From Puccinia triticina (taxonomy: Eukaryota), in assembly GCA_026914245.1 (NCBI GenBank), contig CP110439.1, positions 3,472,001 through 3,536,000 on the forward strand: DNA of 64,000 nucleotides, in the 5' to 3' direction. Each line of letters starts with the position of its first letter. Within the stretch, counting starts at the first letter, position 1. The translations under genes and the position numbers were made by a program. Shown here in pieces: positions 13,701-24,496 of the stretch. The notes beneath the pieces were generated by a model. The model was not told the DNA's origin and made no database searches. It saw only the letters and a program-made list of their open reading frames with translations.

Positions 13701-16700
13701 GTTCCGCTTGGCCTGAATCAAAGATCGGGATAGAAACGCCACCGGGTGTAGTTCGTCGTCTTTGGTGCAAACCTGTGAAAGTACTGCGCCCAGGGCGAAG
13801 TCTGAGCAATCACACTCCAGTATGAAAGGCAGGTAGGGATCCGCAATTTTCAATACCGGCGCTGTAGTAAACGCTGTCTTCAGTCGCTCAAACGCCGACT
13901 GACACCGTGAGTCCCATTGGAAAGCTTGATCCCCCTTTGTCAAATTGTGTAGTGGTCTCGTGGGGCCAGAGAAATGATTGATAAATTGTTGGTAAAAGTT
14001 GGCAAAACCAATGAATCGTTGAAGTTCTGTGAGGTTGGTGGGTGCCCGCCACTCAGTCACGGCCGTGACTTTCGTCGGGTCCATCCGCAACCGGTTGCAT
14101 GAGATCAAAAGGCCCAAATATTCAACCTCATCCTGTCCAAACTCGTACTTCTCAGGTTTAAGCCATAGGTGGTGCTTGCTCAATGTTTCCAGCACACTAC
14201 TAACCGCATCTTCATGATTAGACCCCTTCTGTGTGTAGATCATGATGTTGTCCAGGTAAGCCGCTATGTCCTTTCCGATGCGCCTGAGTAGGATGTCTTG
14301 GATGAAAAACTGAAAGAATCCTGGCGCCCCGGTTGGGCCAAACGGCATTCTTAGCGGCGCAAATTGGCCTGCCTTGCACACAAACGCGAGTTTGTCTTCA
14401 TCGCCCTCCGCCACGCGTGAATTCCCGTACGCGTTCCGTAAGTCCAGTTTGGTGAATTTGTCTGCATTCAGTAGACTTTCCACCAGATCCATAGTCAAGG
14501 GTAGTGGGTACTTATTTTTAACGGTGACCGCGTTGAGCTTCCGGTAGTCAAAGCAGGGCCTCAGGTTGCCGTCCTTTTTCCCTGTAAATAGCACCGGAGC
14601 CGCCCAAGGGGATGTAGTCCGCCTGATGGTCCCGTGTTCAAGGCCCTCGCGGATTAATGTGTCCATTGCGTCGTTCTCCGCGGGAAATAGCGGGATAATC
14701 CTGCTGGCTTGAGGGATCGCACCAGGTAGCAGTTCCACTCAGAAGTCATATTGCCGTCTTGGTGGTAGTTTCTGGGCCCCTATCTTTCGGAATAGGTGCA
14801 GATACCGGTGATAGCGTTGTGGGACGATTTCCTCCGCTCTCCTTACTGGGTTTGCTTGCTTTGCCTTTGCTGCAATCCAAGCTGAAGTTGACCATGATGC
14901 CTTGGTCGTACTGATGGCCGCCAGTGTTTCAAGTTCTAATGGACACAAAAGCTTGCCAGCTGCTTCATTGAGTTTAAGGGGTTGGTGGGGTGGGGACTCA
15001 CATTGCGGGGGCGTTATCCCACTAAAAGTGTGCACCCCCTCGTCAATTATCCTCGCTTGCCTCACGGGCTCCTCCCCGTCTAACAAGGCTTTTGTCGGAT
15101 AAGACGAAGCCAATTCTGCGGCTGCTAAATCCTCAGCCTGGTCCAGGTTGCCGGCCGTGGCGGTGTGGTTCGTCGGTGTCCTGTGGGTAGTGTTTTCTAG
15201 GAGAGGATCCTGCTTGCCAGTTGATTCTATAACTGCAGGTAAAGGAATGAAATCGAGCTTACATTGCGGGAGTGCTAACGTGCGCGAAGCACACACTCCC
15301 TCGTCAATTATCCTTGCTTGCCTCACGGGCTCTCTCCCGTCTGACAAGGCTTTTGTCGGATAAGACAAAACCGCCTCTGTGGTCGCAATGTAGCCTTTGT
15401 CCAATCAAAGTGAACACGTCCTCCAGTCAATGCGGTGTCCAAATAATTTGATCCAGGGCATTCCTAATATGCCATCATACGAGTCCTTCAGTTGCGTAAC
15501 AATGAATTTAGCCGGCTCGGTCGAGTGGTCAAGTCTAAGGTCCAGCTCATATGAGGACCTCTTAGTCAATCCGTCGAACCCTGCTATTGTCCTGTTGCAC
15601 GAGGACGCCAGGGCCAGCAGGCCTGCTCTTGCTACGAACGCGAGGCTCAGCACATTGTGTGTGGCCCCTGAATCCACCAGGAATCTGGTTGGATGGGAAA
15701 CATTGGTCGTGGTATGCTCAAGGAGGGTGTGTGGCGCGAGGTTAAATGAAATGAACAGTCGGGGATCAATTGTTGTATTACTGTTAACCAAATCACTAGC
15801 GCCAACACTAACTAATAGCTCCTTGTGTGAGCTCGGGAGGGGCATACCCATCAGTCCCGAGCTCCGTCTTTTTTTGACCCCTCCGTTGTGCTCCCATTCT
15901 CGAACCTCCTCGCTCTGCTCCTCCATCTCGGCCACGCGGACGGCTCCCTTCCCCTTGCCCTTGTCAGGGCACTCTCGTGATTGGTGACCCTGTTTGCCGC
16001 AACAAAAACACAGCCCCTCCCTCATCATCCGACTCCTCTCTGATTCAGACAGCTGTCCACGCATCGCTGATATGTCCATTGCATCTGGATCCGCTGTTGA
16101 GGCTGAGGGGATGGTGCCGGACTCAAGCCCATTCAATTCGTTGTTGATTTTAAGAGCCATGTTGGAAACCGCTGCCAGGGTGTCAAACTGGGTGCGAGAT
16201 AGTACCAGGGCTATGCGGACTTCCTTCTTCAGGCCCTGAGTGTACAGGCTAACGAGGGTCCGGGGCTCCCATCCCGTGTTGTGAGTGTGTAGTAGGAATT
16301 GATGGGTGTACTGGCTGACCAATTTTGTCTGCTTCAGAAGTCGTAATGACCGTTTGGCTTTCGTTTGTTTCTCCGTGTTGTAAAACATAGCCTCAAACGC
16401 GTCCGTGAACTCGCTGTAGGTGGCGGCTCGGTTTTCGCAGATCTTGTGCATCCAAGGCTGGGCCCAACTGCTCGCTTGTCCCGTCAAATACAAAAGGGCA
16501 AATATGATTTGTGATCTGTCGTCCGGGAACGCTGCAACGTTTGCAAGGATGTAGAGGCTTACTTGGCTTGCGTAAACTTCGGCATTGACGCCTTGTGAGC
16601 CGTCGTACTTGTCCGGTACTCCGATCTTCGGGGCCCGGATAGGTTGTTGGGCTACCACAACCAGTTGGTTGTTGGCTGGGACCTGGGCGTCCTGTGGTGG

Positions 16701-16865
16701 TTGAGCGTTCTTGGCTTGTTGCCAGGCATTCTCGGCCGCTTGACGTGCATTCCCGGCCTCTTGTCTAGCGGCTTCGGCTTGTCAACGGAGGCCACGTTCT
16801 TTGTTGACGACGGCCATCAGATTGGCCAGTTTTTGTTGTAATGCGGCGACGGCGGCGGCATCCAT
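10752..16865 (-). pseudogene. gag-pol of the chromovirus, broken by in-frame TGA stops and a solo-LTR insertion
   Basis: Zn knuckle CFCCGKQGHQSREC, protease LVDSGAT, RT YLDN (from YLDD), RNase H ECDCSD, integrase H-H-C-C region, chromodomain EWEVEEILD...YLISWKGY. Confidence 0.93.
12413..13407 (+). mobile_element. Solo LTR (995 bp) inserted between RNase H and integrase
   Basis: TGTGGTGC...AGTTCCACA termini; 4-bp TSD CCGG; removal restores the frame KLSS-GQLL. Confidence 0.9.
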
Positions 16866-17252
16866 CTCAGTTACAGGTTCGGGCTGGTTTCTTCAGTTCG
16901 TGTCTGTTCAGTTCTTGGGTTCAGTTTGTTCTATTCGGATCCGACGGATCAACTTGTTCTGTTCGGTGTCTGGTTTTCAGTTCTGATTGGTCCTTGTTCT
17001 CTTGAGATGATCTAGCAATATGTTATGGTCGAAACTATAGAGAAGAAAGACCTAATCCTGTCTTGTCTTGGCAAACTATGTAGATTGCTAGATGAGGAGA
17101 GTTTGGGGATCTCTCCTCCGCTCTCCCTTAGGATGGAGAGCTGTGACATGTACTAAATACAACATGTCCCAGGCGTGACCTAGCGTACGGCGCGCGTGCA
17201 GCTCATAACATGGACATCATCCGGACCAATACAGAGGGCAGCCTAAACAGCA

Positions 17253-17550
17253 CCTTTTCTTCTCCTCTCCTGACTGCCTCCACCTAGGACAGGTGGAGTT
17301 CCATAACAGCCATTGAGTGGCCTACACAGCCCACTCAATGACCAGCCATCAAGAAACCTGGGGTGTGTATATTGCCACTCAATGGTCATCAAGTGGAGGA
17401 GACCCCACTCAATGACCTTTCTTCCCCTCTCCTGACTGCCTCCACCTAGGACAGATGGAGTCCCATACCGGCCATTGAGTTTCCTACACAGCCCACTCAA
17501 TGACCAGCCGTCAAGCAACCTGGGGTGTGTATGTTGCCACTCAATGGTCT
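17253..17550. repeat. Direct repeat pair, ~135-bp unit, 162-bp period
   Basis: CTCCTGACTGCCTCCACCTAGGACAG...TTGCCACTCAATGGTC occurs twice. Confidence 0.85.
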
Positions 17551-19057
17551 CCTCCATTCCATCTATAACACCCCGTCCCTTCCATGTATGTACACATACA
17601 CTGCTTGCATAATATCTTACTTCCTCCTCTTATAATGAATGATAGCTGTGTCTATGCTGTCACAATACCTCTTCAATCAATCTGCTTTTGGCATTGTTAC
17701 ACAAATAGAATAGCACACCGTCACAGGCCGATCATTGAGAGGAGATGTTAATCCACTCAATGCTGGTCTGTGCCAGTCATGGAGAGGAGTTGGCAGCCAG
17801 GATTGAGGGGAGTGTGCATGCACATAGCCCGCTGGATGGCCAGACATCCCATGGGCTGTGTAGTATACCTTGCCCAATCACCGGCCATCCGGCCAGTCAG
17901 AGGCACAGATATGGGGTTCAAGTGTAGGCTCTCCAGCTCTGGCTGGCGGTCCCAGTAGTGCGCTCCCCTGTTGGGGAGGAGAAAGATCAGGAATGGAGTG
18001 CTGGGGGTACGCACTCCTATCTTGCGGAGTGAGACTCACGGACACTCCTTACATCTGCTGGCCACTGCAGCTCTTTGGGGCGCACCCCAAAGACTCTCGA
18101 GGCCCCGGTTCTGCACTCCAATCGGCTTGGAGGACTCCAGTCTGTACTCCAATAATCATCGGAGTACGGACTCCATACACTCACTTCTGGAGTGCTTTTG
18201 GTAAACACTTGGTTGCCTTGAGGCCTGGGTTGTGCTTGTCCAGTTCCCAATGATGGGGGAAGCTTGGCTTGTGGCTTGCGGCCAGGAGGGCAGCATGATC
18301 TACGTACACCTTTGGAGTGCCTCTCTGGTACATTTTGGGGGCTTGATTGAATCTAGCATTGTGGTGGTCAACCTCAGGAAGTCCAAAATAGATATGACAG
18401 TTTGACACACTCCTAGGAACAGGCTATGGCCCATTCCCTCAAGTAGATCATGAATACGCCTCAGGGTAGGTTCACTTAGAACTCCAATTGCTGCATGTGT
18501 CCAAGTCACCAGGGCCTTTCTGAGGTGCAAGTGACCTTGAGGCTCCATTCAACCCATGGGACACCCGGCCGCTCTTCATCAACCATTTAGAGTGATAATG
18601 CTGCAAACGCGGCCGAACTAAGAGGTCAACAATGGCACTCTGAACTTGCACATGCCTCAACCAAGGCAACGGAAGGAGAAAAAAAAAAAACAGGAACATA
18701 GGTGGAGAGATGTACTACTTGGTTATCCAAATGAATATATATATAAAACTGATTAAATAGCTGTTGTGGAACTGTCTATTGATAAGGATAATACAACATT
18801 GCTTGGGCATTCTTGATACTCATAATAATATAACATGGTGCGCGGGTCATAAATATAGAGTTAATACTGGGGAGAGATAAGTAAAAGGACAGGGAAGTTC
18901 AGAGCGACTACAGGTGTGCGTAATGTGAGGATTCAAAGGGGAAAGAAGATGCGGAGATAACGAGTAGATAAGTGAGTGGTACAAGAGATGTACATAGATC
19001 TGGCGAGGGTGCGGAAGAGCCGGGCGGGGGGGGGGGGGGGGGGGGGGCAGAGATGAT

Positions 19058-22000
19058 TCAGGCAGGTTTGCGGGCGCCCACGCGTGTGCCCACCCGGACC
19101 AACGTCTCGATCGAATGGCCTGTCCACAGTACACGGGCATGTCAGCTCAGACGCGACGTCAAGGAGAAGATAGCGGGAGGAGGGGGCTGACTGGAGTTCG
19201 TCTGCAGGTCGGCGTCCCACTCGATCCTGTCGCTTTCCACGACCACCAGGATCGTCGACCCGCCTGCAGAGTCCCACACACACACACACAAAGAATCAGC
19301 GATTGGGGAGGAGCGGGGGGAGGAGACTGCGGGCGCTTACCGAAGGCGAAGTACCCGATATCGTCGCCCTTCCGGACCCGGTCGCCAAGCTTGATGCTCA
19401 TATTGATACTGCCCACCATCCTACGTCCACACGAATCAAGCCAAGCACCGCGAAACGGAGAAGAAAAGGGTGGGAGAGAGAGATGCGTACATGGCCCCGA
19501 CGAACACGCAGTACACTTTCGCGAACTTCTCCGTCTCGATGCACACCACCACCCGCACGTTTTCGCCATAGACATCGATGGTCGACCGGATCGCCTGGCA
19601 CAAGCATCTCAGCATACGAGTCTCTAGCGAGTGTGGACCGACAGCGGACATACCATCGGATTGACCCTTCCAGCCCGCCACAGAAACCCCGCGTTCTATG
19701 TGAGTTTGTGAGGCACAGTAGAGAGGGGGGGGGGGGGGGGGGGGGGAAGGACATACGTGTAGTATTGGCCGTCGATGTACTCGACGTCGACGATCTTGCC
19801 GTCGATAGGCGAGTGGAAGCGGTGGTAGTCTTGCGGGGCCAAGCGGAAGATAGCGAGGGCCCATCTGAGGGCCAGGTCGGCGGCGGCGGGGTCGTCGGCG
19901 GCGGAGCTGGCGATGCTGGCCAAGCTGGTCTCGTTGGACGCGTCGTGCTCGGCCTCCTCGGCGGCTGCTGCGGCTCCGGGCCCTCCCAGGCCCTGTTTCT
20001 CGTCGCCCATCGACGGCTGATCGACGCCCATCGTCGTCGGAGGAGGAGGAGGAGGAGTGTCGCCGGGGACGATGTTCCGGAGGCCCAAGGGTCCCAGAAG
20101 CTTCTGCAGGCTGAACCGCCGACCCTTGATCCAGATCTGCTTCGACTGGTTGAGGTCCTTGAAGACCATCAGGCGGCAGTCGGCCACCGAGGTCAGCACC
20201 GACCCGTCCTCGGCACTCTCGATCGGGCGCGCGTTGGGCTTGAGCTCTCTGTAGAAAAACTCGTTGAAGTTCTTGAACTGGCTCAGCGGTAGCTTGACCT
20301 CGTTCAGGTCCAGCTCATGGAAGTTGATGAACGGCTGGATCTCTTTGATCGAGTCGGCCGAGTCGAACTTGATGCCCTGCTTGATCGTCAATGATTTCAG
20401 GAGTTTCTTGATCTTCTGGTGCTCCATCCGGTTCTCCTTCGCGCTCCCCGAGCCGCCGCCGCCGCCGCCGCCTCCGGATTTGTACATCAAGCGGATCCCC
20501 AGGCGGACGTAGGCCTGCATCTTCTCTTCGATCAGCTTCCCCGTCCTTCGGTCCTGGACGATGATGTTAGCCGAATTGGCGCCCAAGGAGTACTTGCCGT
20601 TCTGGACCTTGCCGATCACTTTGGTGAACCACTTGCGGTTGGCTTGGGAGGAGGTGACGAAGTTTCCGGGGGAGAGGATGTTTTGGAGGGAGGTCCAGTC
20701 CTGGGATGCACAGACGGCCATGTGGGTGACCATGTCGATCTCCGCCTGGGAGTGGGGCTGTTCCTGGTGACAGATCGGACAGCAGGAGATGTTGACGACC
20801 TTCTCGGATCGTAGGTGGGAGCGTGCTCGGGTGTGGGTTGGGCTCGAGGGCTCGTCGCCGCTGATCTCATCCAGGTTGGTGCTGCATGGCGAGTTGGAGA
20901 GTGAATCGGGCTGGTGGTCGAGGCTGGTGGTGACGTCGATGGGGTTGTGGCCGATGAAGCTGATGGAGACGAGGGGCGAGGCCGGAGTGGAGGGATCGGG
21001 GGCGGCTGGAGATTGTGATTGGTCGGGTCCCCCGTCGGGTTGCGGAGGCCTTTCGGCTGGGGGACGGACTGCATTCAGGCCGACGCCGATCTGCTCGTCT
21101 TCGGCATCGATCTGGTTTCGTTGGTGGGCAGGCTTGACTAGTTCTGATTCTAGGCAGCCGATGACCTGTTCGAAGGATAGGGTGTGCTGGTCGTTTGTTG
21201 ATGATTTCCCATAGCGAGAGAAGAAGCCTGAGATGGTCTCCCGGGTGAGGGTTGAGCCGAGGGAGTCGAGCATCGAGGTGAGCTCGGTGGTCGAGATGGT
21301 GGCCGAGTCGTCGGTATCGAACTCGTCGAGATACTTCCTCCAGAAGACCTGGCGCATGGCCGAGTAGGGGATGAATTTGGCCTTGATGGACAGCTTGCCG
21401 TTGTAGGTGGCTTCGCCGGCGGGCTCGGCTGAAGGGGTGGTGGTGGTGGTGGTGGTGGTGGGAGAGGGTGTGTGGACGACGGGGAGTTCGTAGGACGTCA
21501 TGTGGTCGCCGATCAGTTTGCCGGATGGGTCTAGCTGGTAGAGGCCAGTTTCGGGGTCGAGGAGCATGTTCTGCTGGGTGTCGTTGATGAGGTGCTCGAG
21601 GAGCAGCTGGCTTTCGCCGATGTAGTCGTTTGAGGACATCTTGTCCCAGTCGTACATGCTGAAGAGGATCGTGAAGGGCATCTCGCTCTTCTGGACATGG
21701 AAGAAGAGCTTCTCGTCCCAGACGGGATCCATGGAGTGTCTGATGACCCGGGTCCGGAAGATCTATATCGAGCAGGGGTTTTTCTGTTTAGCTTTCGGAT
21801 GGTGAGTGTGTGTGTTGTGTGCGCACCTTTTTCCCGAAGCTGATGATCACGAAGGGGTCCATGTCGAAGCTGAGGCGGGTGACGGCCTTCCAGTAGGGCA
21901 GCCCGGCGGCCCTGTTGACTTCGAGCGAGCACATCCCGACGGCATTCGACAGCTCGCCCGAGGCCGAGGGGCTCCGGCTGGGCGACTTGGACTTGGGCCG

Positions 22001-22117
22001 GGGCCGGGCGGGGGAGAGGCTGGATGGCTTGAGTGCGCTGGGGATGTTCTTGACCCGGCTGAGGGCGCCCTTGAGGGGGGAGATGAGCCTGGCGGGGGCG
22101 GGTGTGCTGGAGGACAT
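19058..22117 (-). CDS. PSD2: Phosphatidylserine decarboxylase proenzyme 2 with C2 domain and EF-hand-like motif; exons 22117-21827, 21762-19757, 19666-19654, 19594-19491, 19420-19341, 19263-19192, 19119-19058
   Basis: C2 motifs DMDPFVIISFG and DPVWDEK; FNEFFYRELK; IFRLAPQDYHRFHSP; spliced YYTVNPMAIRS, GAMMVGSI and YFAFGGST autocleavage motif; GT-AG introns keep frame. Confidence 0.95.
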
Positions 22118-23563
22118 GGCGGAGGGTGGCTGGTCGAAAGCAGGGACACAAGCAAGCAAGAGCTGCTCAGCCCCAAAACCCAAAAAAGAGTGTGTATCAG
22201 TCGAGGGAAAAGCACCCCCAGGACCAAACGATGCTTCTGCAGGAGTCTGGACCCCAGCTACATAACACCATCATAACCTTGACTATCCAGGAGTCTGCCG
22301 TACTGATCCATCAACCATCGTGAGGCAAATCATCAATCCTGAGGGGGAGGCCACAGATATTGCATCACAATTCGGGCAAACTGAGAAAATGATGGGAATC
22401 AAGCCCCATTTCCCTCCCACCAGCCAATTATTATGTAGAATGTTGAACTGCTTTTGGTCACCATTGGGGCTGCAGATGATCTTCTGTTCTCCAAGATGCA
22501 AATCTAATTTGGCCATGGTATGATCTCCAAAACACTGCACAAGTGCAAAAAAATATTACAGTTGCGAGGGGCATACTGGAGGACTTCCTGTCGATCTGGA
22601 AAGTCAGATCTGAGCCACCAGATGTCAAATTTCGCAGGGAAATCTGGGTCCCCGAAGATCCCCGAAGTGATCCAGAGTTCCAGATTCCAGATTTCCCTGC
22701 GAAATCTGAAATTCCAGATCTGTTCAAAAGTGACGGGAAGTCCTCCATTATGTACTGTACAGCCTTGCCCGCAAAATCAGATCTGAGACGCGGGCCGAAT
22801 TAGGCCCATGCATATGGGCTTAACATAACATGTATTGTGTTTTGCTTAATGGTTGGACTTCAAGAGTGAAGTTGAGTGCTATAGTTATGGGGTTGTCTGG
22901 CACACCCCCAGTTTAATCTCCATCATTCTGCCATACGGAGCCCGCCTGTACCAAAGTGAAAATGATCATGATGATCTTTATTTCACAATGCGAGGCAAAA
23001 ACAAAAAAAATGGAATTACGCAACGCCATGATTTGTGCACAGCAACAGGACCATCCGTCCAAGCATTCTACAAAACACAATATGTAAATGATAGTTTTGG
23101 GCCTTTTGGAGGCTGTAGATTCTAGTTCTATCCCGGCTAAGGTTTGATCTGACCAGCCAGTTTTTTTTTCTTTTTTTTTTTTTTTTGGCCCCTACATTCC
23201 AAACCCAACACTCAGTACATGCCATAAGCCCATAATTATGGGTTTATAGCCTGTAACTCCATGACTATGGATCTCATAAACCCATAGCCATGGGGTCCGA
23301 GCCTGTCCGAGCACTCATCAGCCCATAGCTACAGAGTCCGAGTGCCCTCTTCACCTCTCAGCACCCTTCACACAATTTTGCTCCACACGCGGCCGTTGCC
23401 AACTGCTTCTCTTCAAGACTCAAGACCATCCCAGAGGTTGTTCACTCAGAAGATCAGTGTCAGATCCTGCCAAATTAGGCTGAATCTCCTGTTTTTTTTT
23501 TCCCTCCCAGATCCCAAAATTCCGAACCGGGGACCCCTGAGGGTTTAATCTGTACAGTAATAT

Positions 23564-24418
23564 GCCCCTCGCAACTGTAGTTTGAAAACCAATTTGAATG
23601 GTTTTCAAAATATTTCCAATACACTCAGGCGCCAATTATAAACGCTATTTTGAGATTATTTTGAAATCGTTTTGAAATCAAAACCAACTTTGTTTTGACT
23701 TCTTTTCATTTCAAAATAATCTCAAAACTCTTCAAACGCACCCGGGAGGGGTGTTTGAGATTTCAGAAATCCAACATTTGAGGAATTGAACTTTTGAAAT
23801 GGCAGTACACCTGTGTGGTTGCCAGGCTACTACTCCCCATTCAAATTTCTGTACTGGGTCAGCGGAGGTTGCAAATGGGTACATGTATACCACCAATTCT
23901 CGGACCGGCATGTCTGACGACTCCTCTAGCCAACCTCGTTCTGGGATATGGCGGTCCAACAAGGGGTTGGACTTGCCTGTCCAAGCAGATGGGCCAATTG
24001 GTGATGGCCATGTCCAAGAACTGCTCGGACAGGCCGCTCCAAGGACTTGTTGGACCTACCGGTCCAAACTGGTGCCGATACATAGTTTGACCTGCTTGCC
24101 GAGGTCTTTGGCAAGCAAGGAACATTGTACTCACACGAGGGAACCTCCTGGGCCAGCGGAGCATCCGGTTCAAGCTCCGGTCCTGGAGCTGTATTCCAGC
24201 TGTCCTGGCCTGTGTCACAGATATCTTGCTCCTGCCTACCCACTCCGGCAGGCTACTCAGTCAGGGATGCACAAATGTTTATATTTGCACCCTGTTGTTT
24301 GAAGCTTGCCCAAGAGATTTTTGAAATCAAAAATCTTTCATTTTGTTTTTGTTTTTGTTTCAAAATTGTTTTCGAATACTTTCAAAATAAAACTCAAATA
24401 TTTGTTTATAAATGGGGC
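23564..24418. mobile_element. Probable non-autonomous DNA transposon remnant with GCCCC...GGGGC ends
   Basis: Left end GCCCCTCGCAACTGTA (its reverse complement also at ~22557-22572); AT-rich TTTTGA/TCAAAA subterminal arrays; no TSD confirmed. Confidence 0.4.
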
Positions 24419-24496
24419 TTCAGTCCTGGATGTCCTGAGGAGCAAGTCCAACTGACCATTTTCAGATATTTTTAACATATTCACAGAACCACCTCA

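Larger units (their letters stand above)
10473..17210 (-). mobile_element. Full-length Ty3/Gypsy chromovirus LTR retrotransposon, inactivated
   Basis: 190-bp LTRs 10473-10662 and 17021-17210 (TG...CA, 3 differences seen); 5-bp TSD TGGAC; purine tract next to the 3' LTR; gag, PR, RT, RH, IN and chromodomain in order. Confidence 0.97.

Noticed and set aside
17990..18200. GGAGT/ACTCC hairpin cluster as a structured RNA
   Set aside because: More likely transposon subterminal motifs; no boundaries or TSD found
19303..21214. Plus-strand ORFs opposite PSD2
   Set aside because: Antisense shadows of a GC-rich coding sequence
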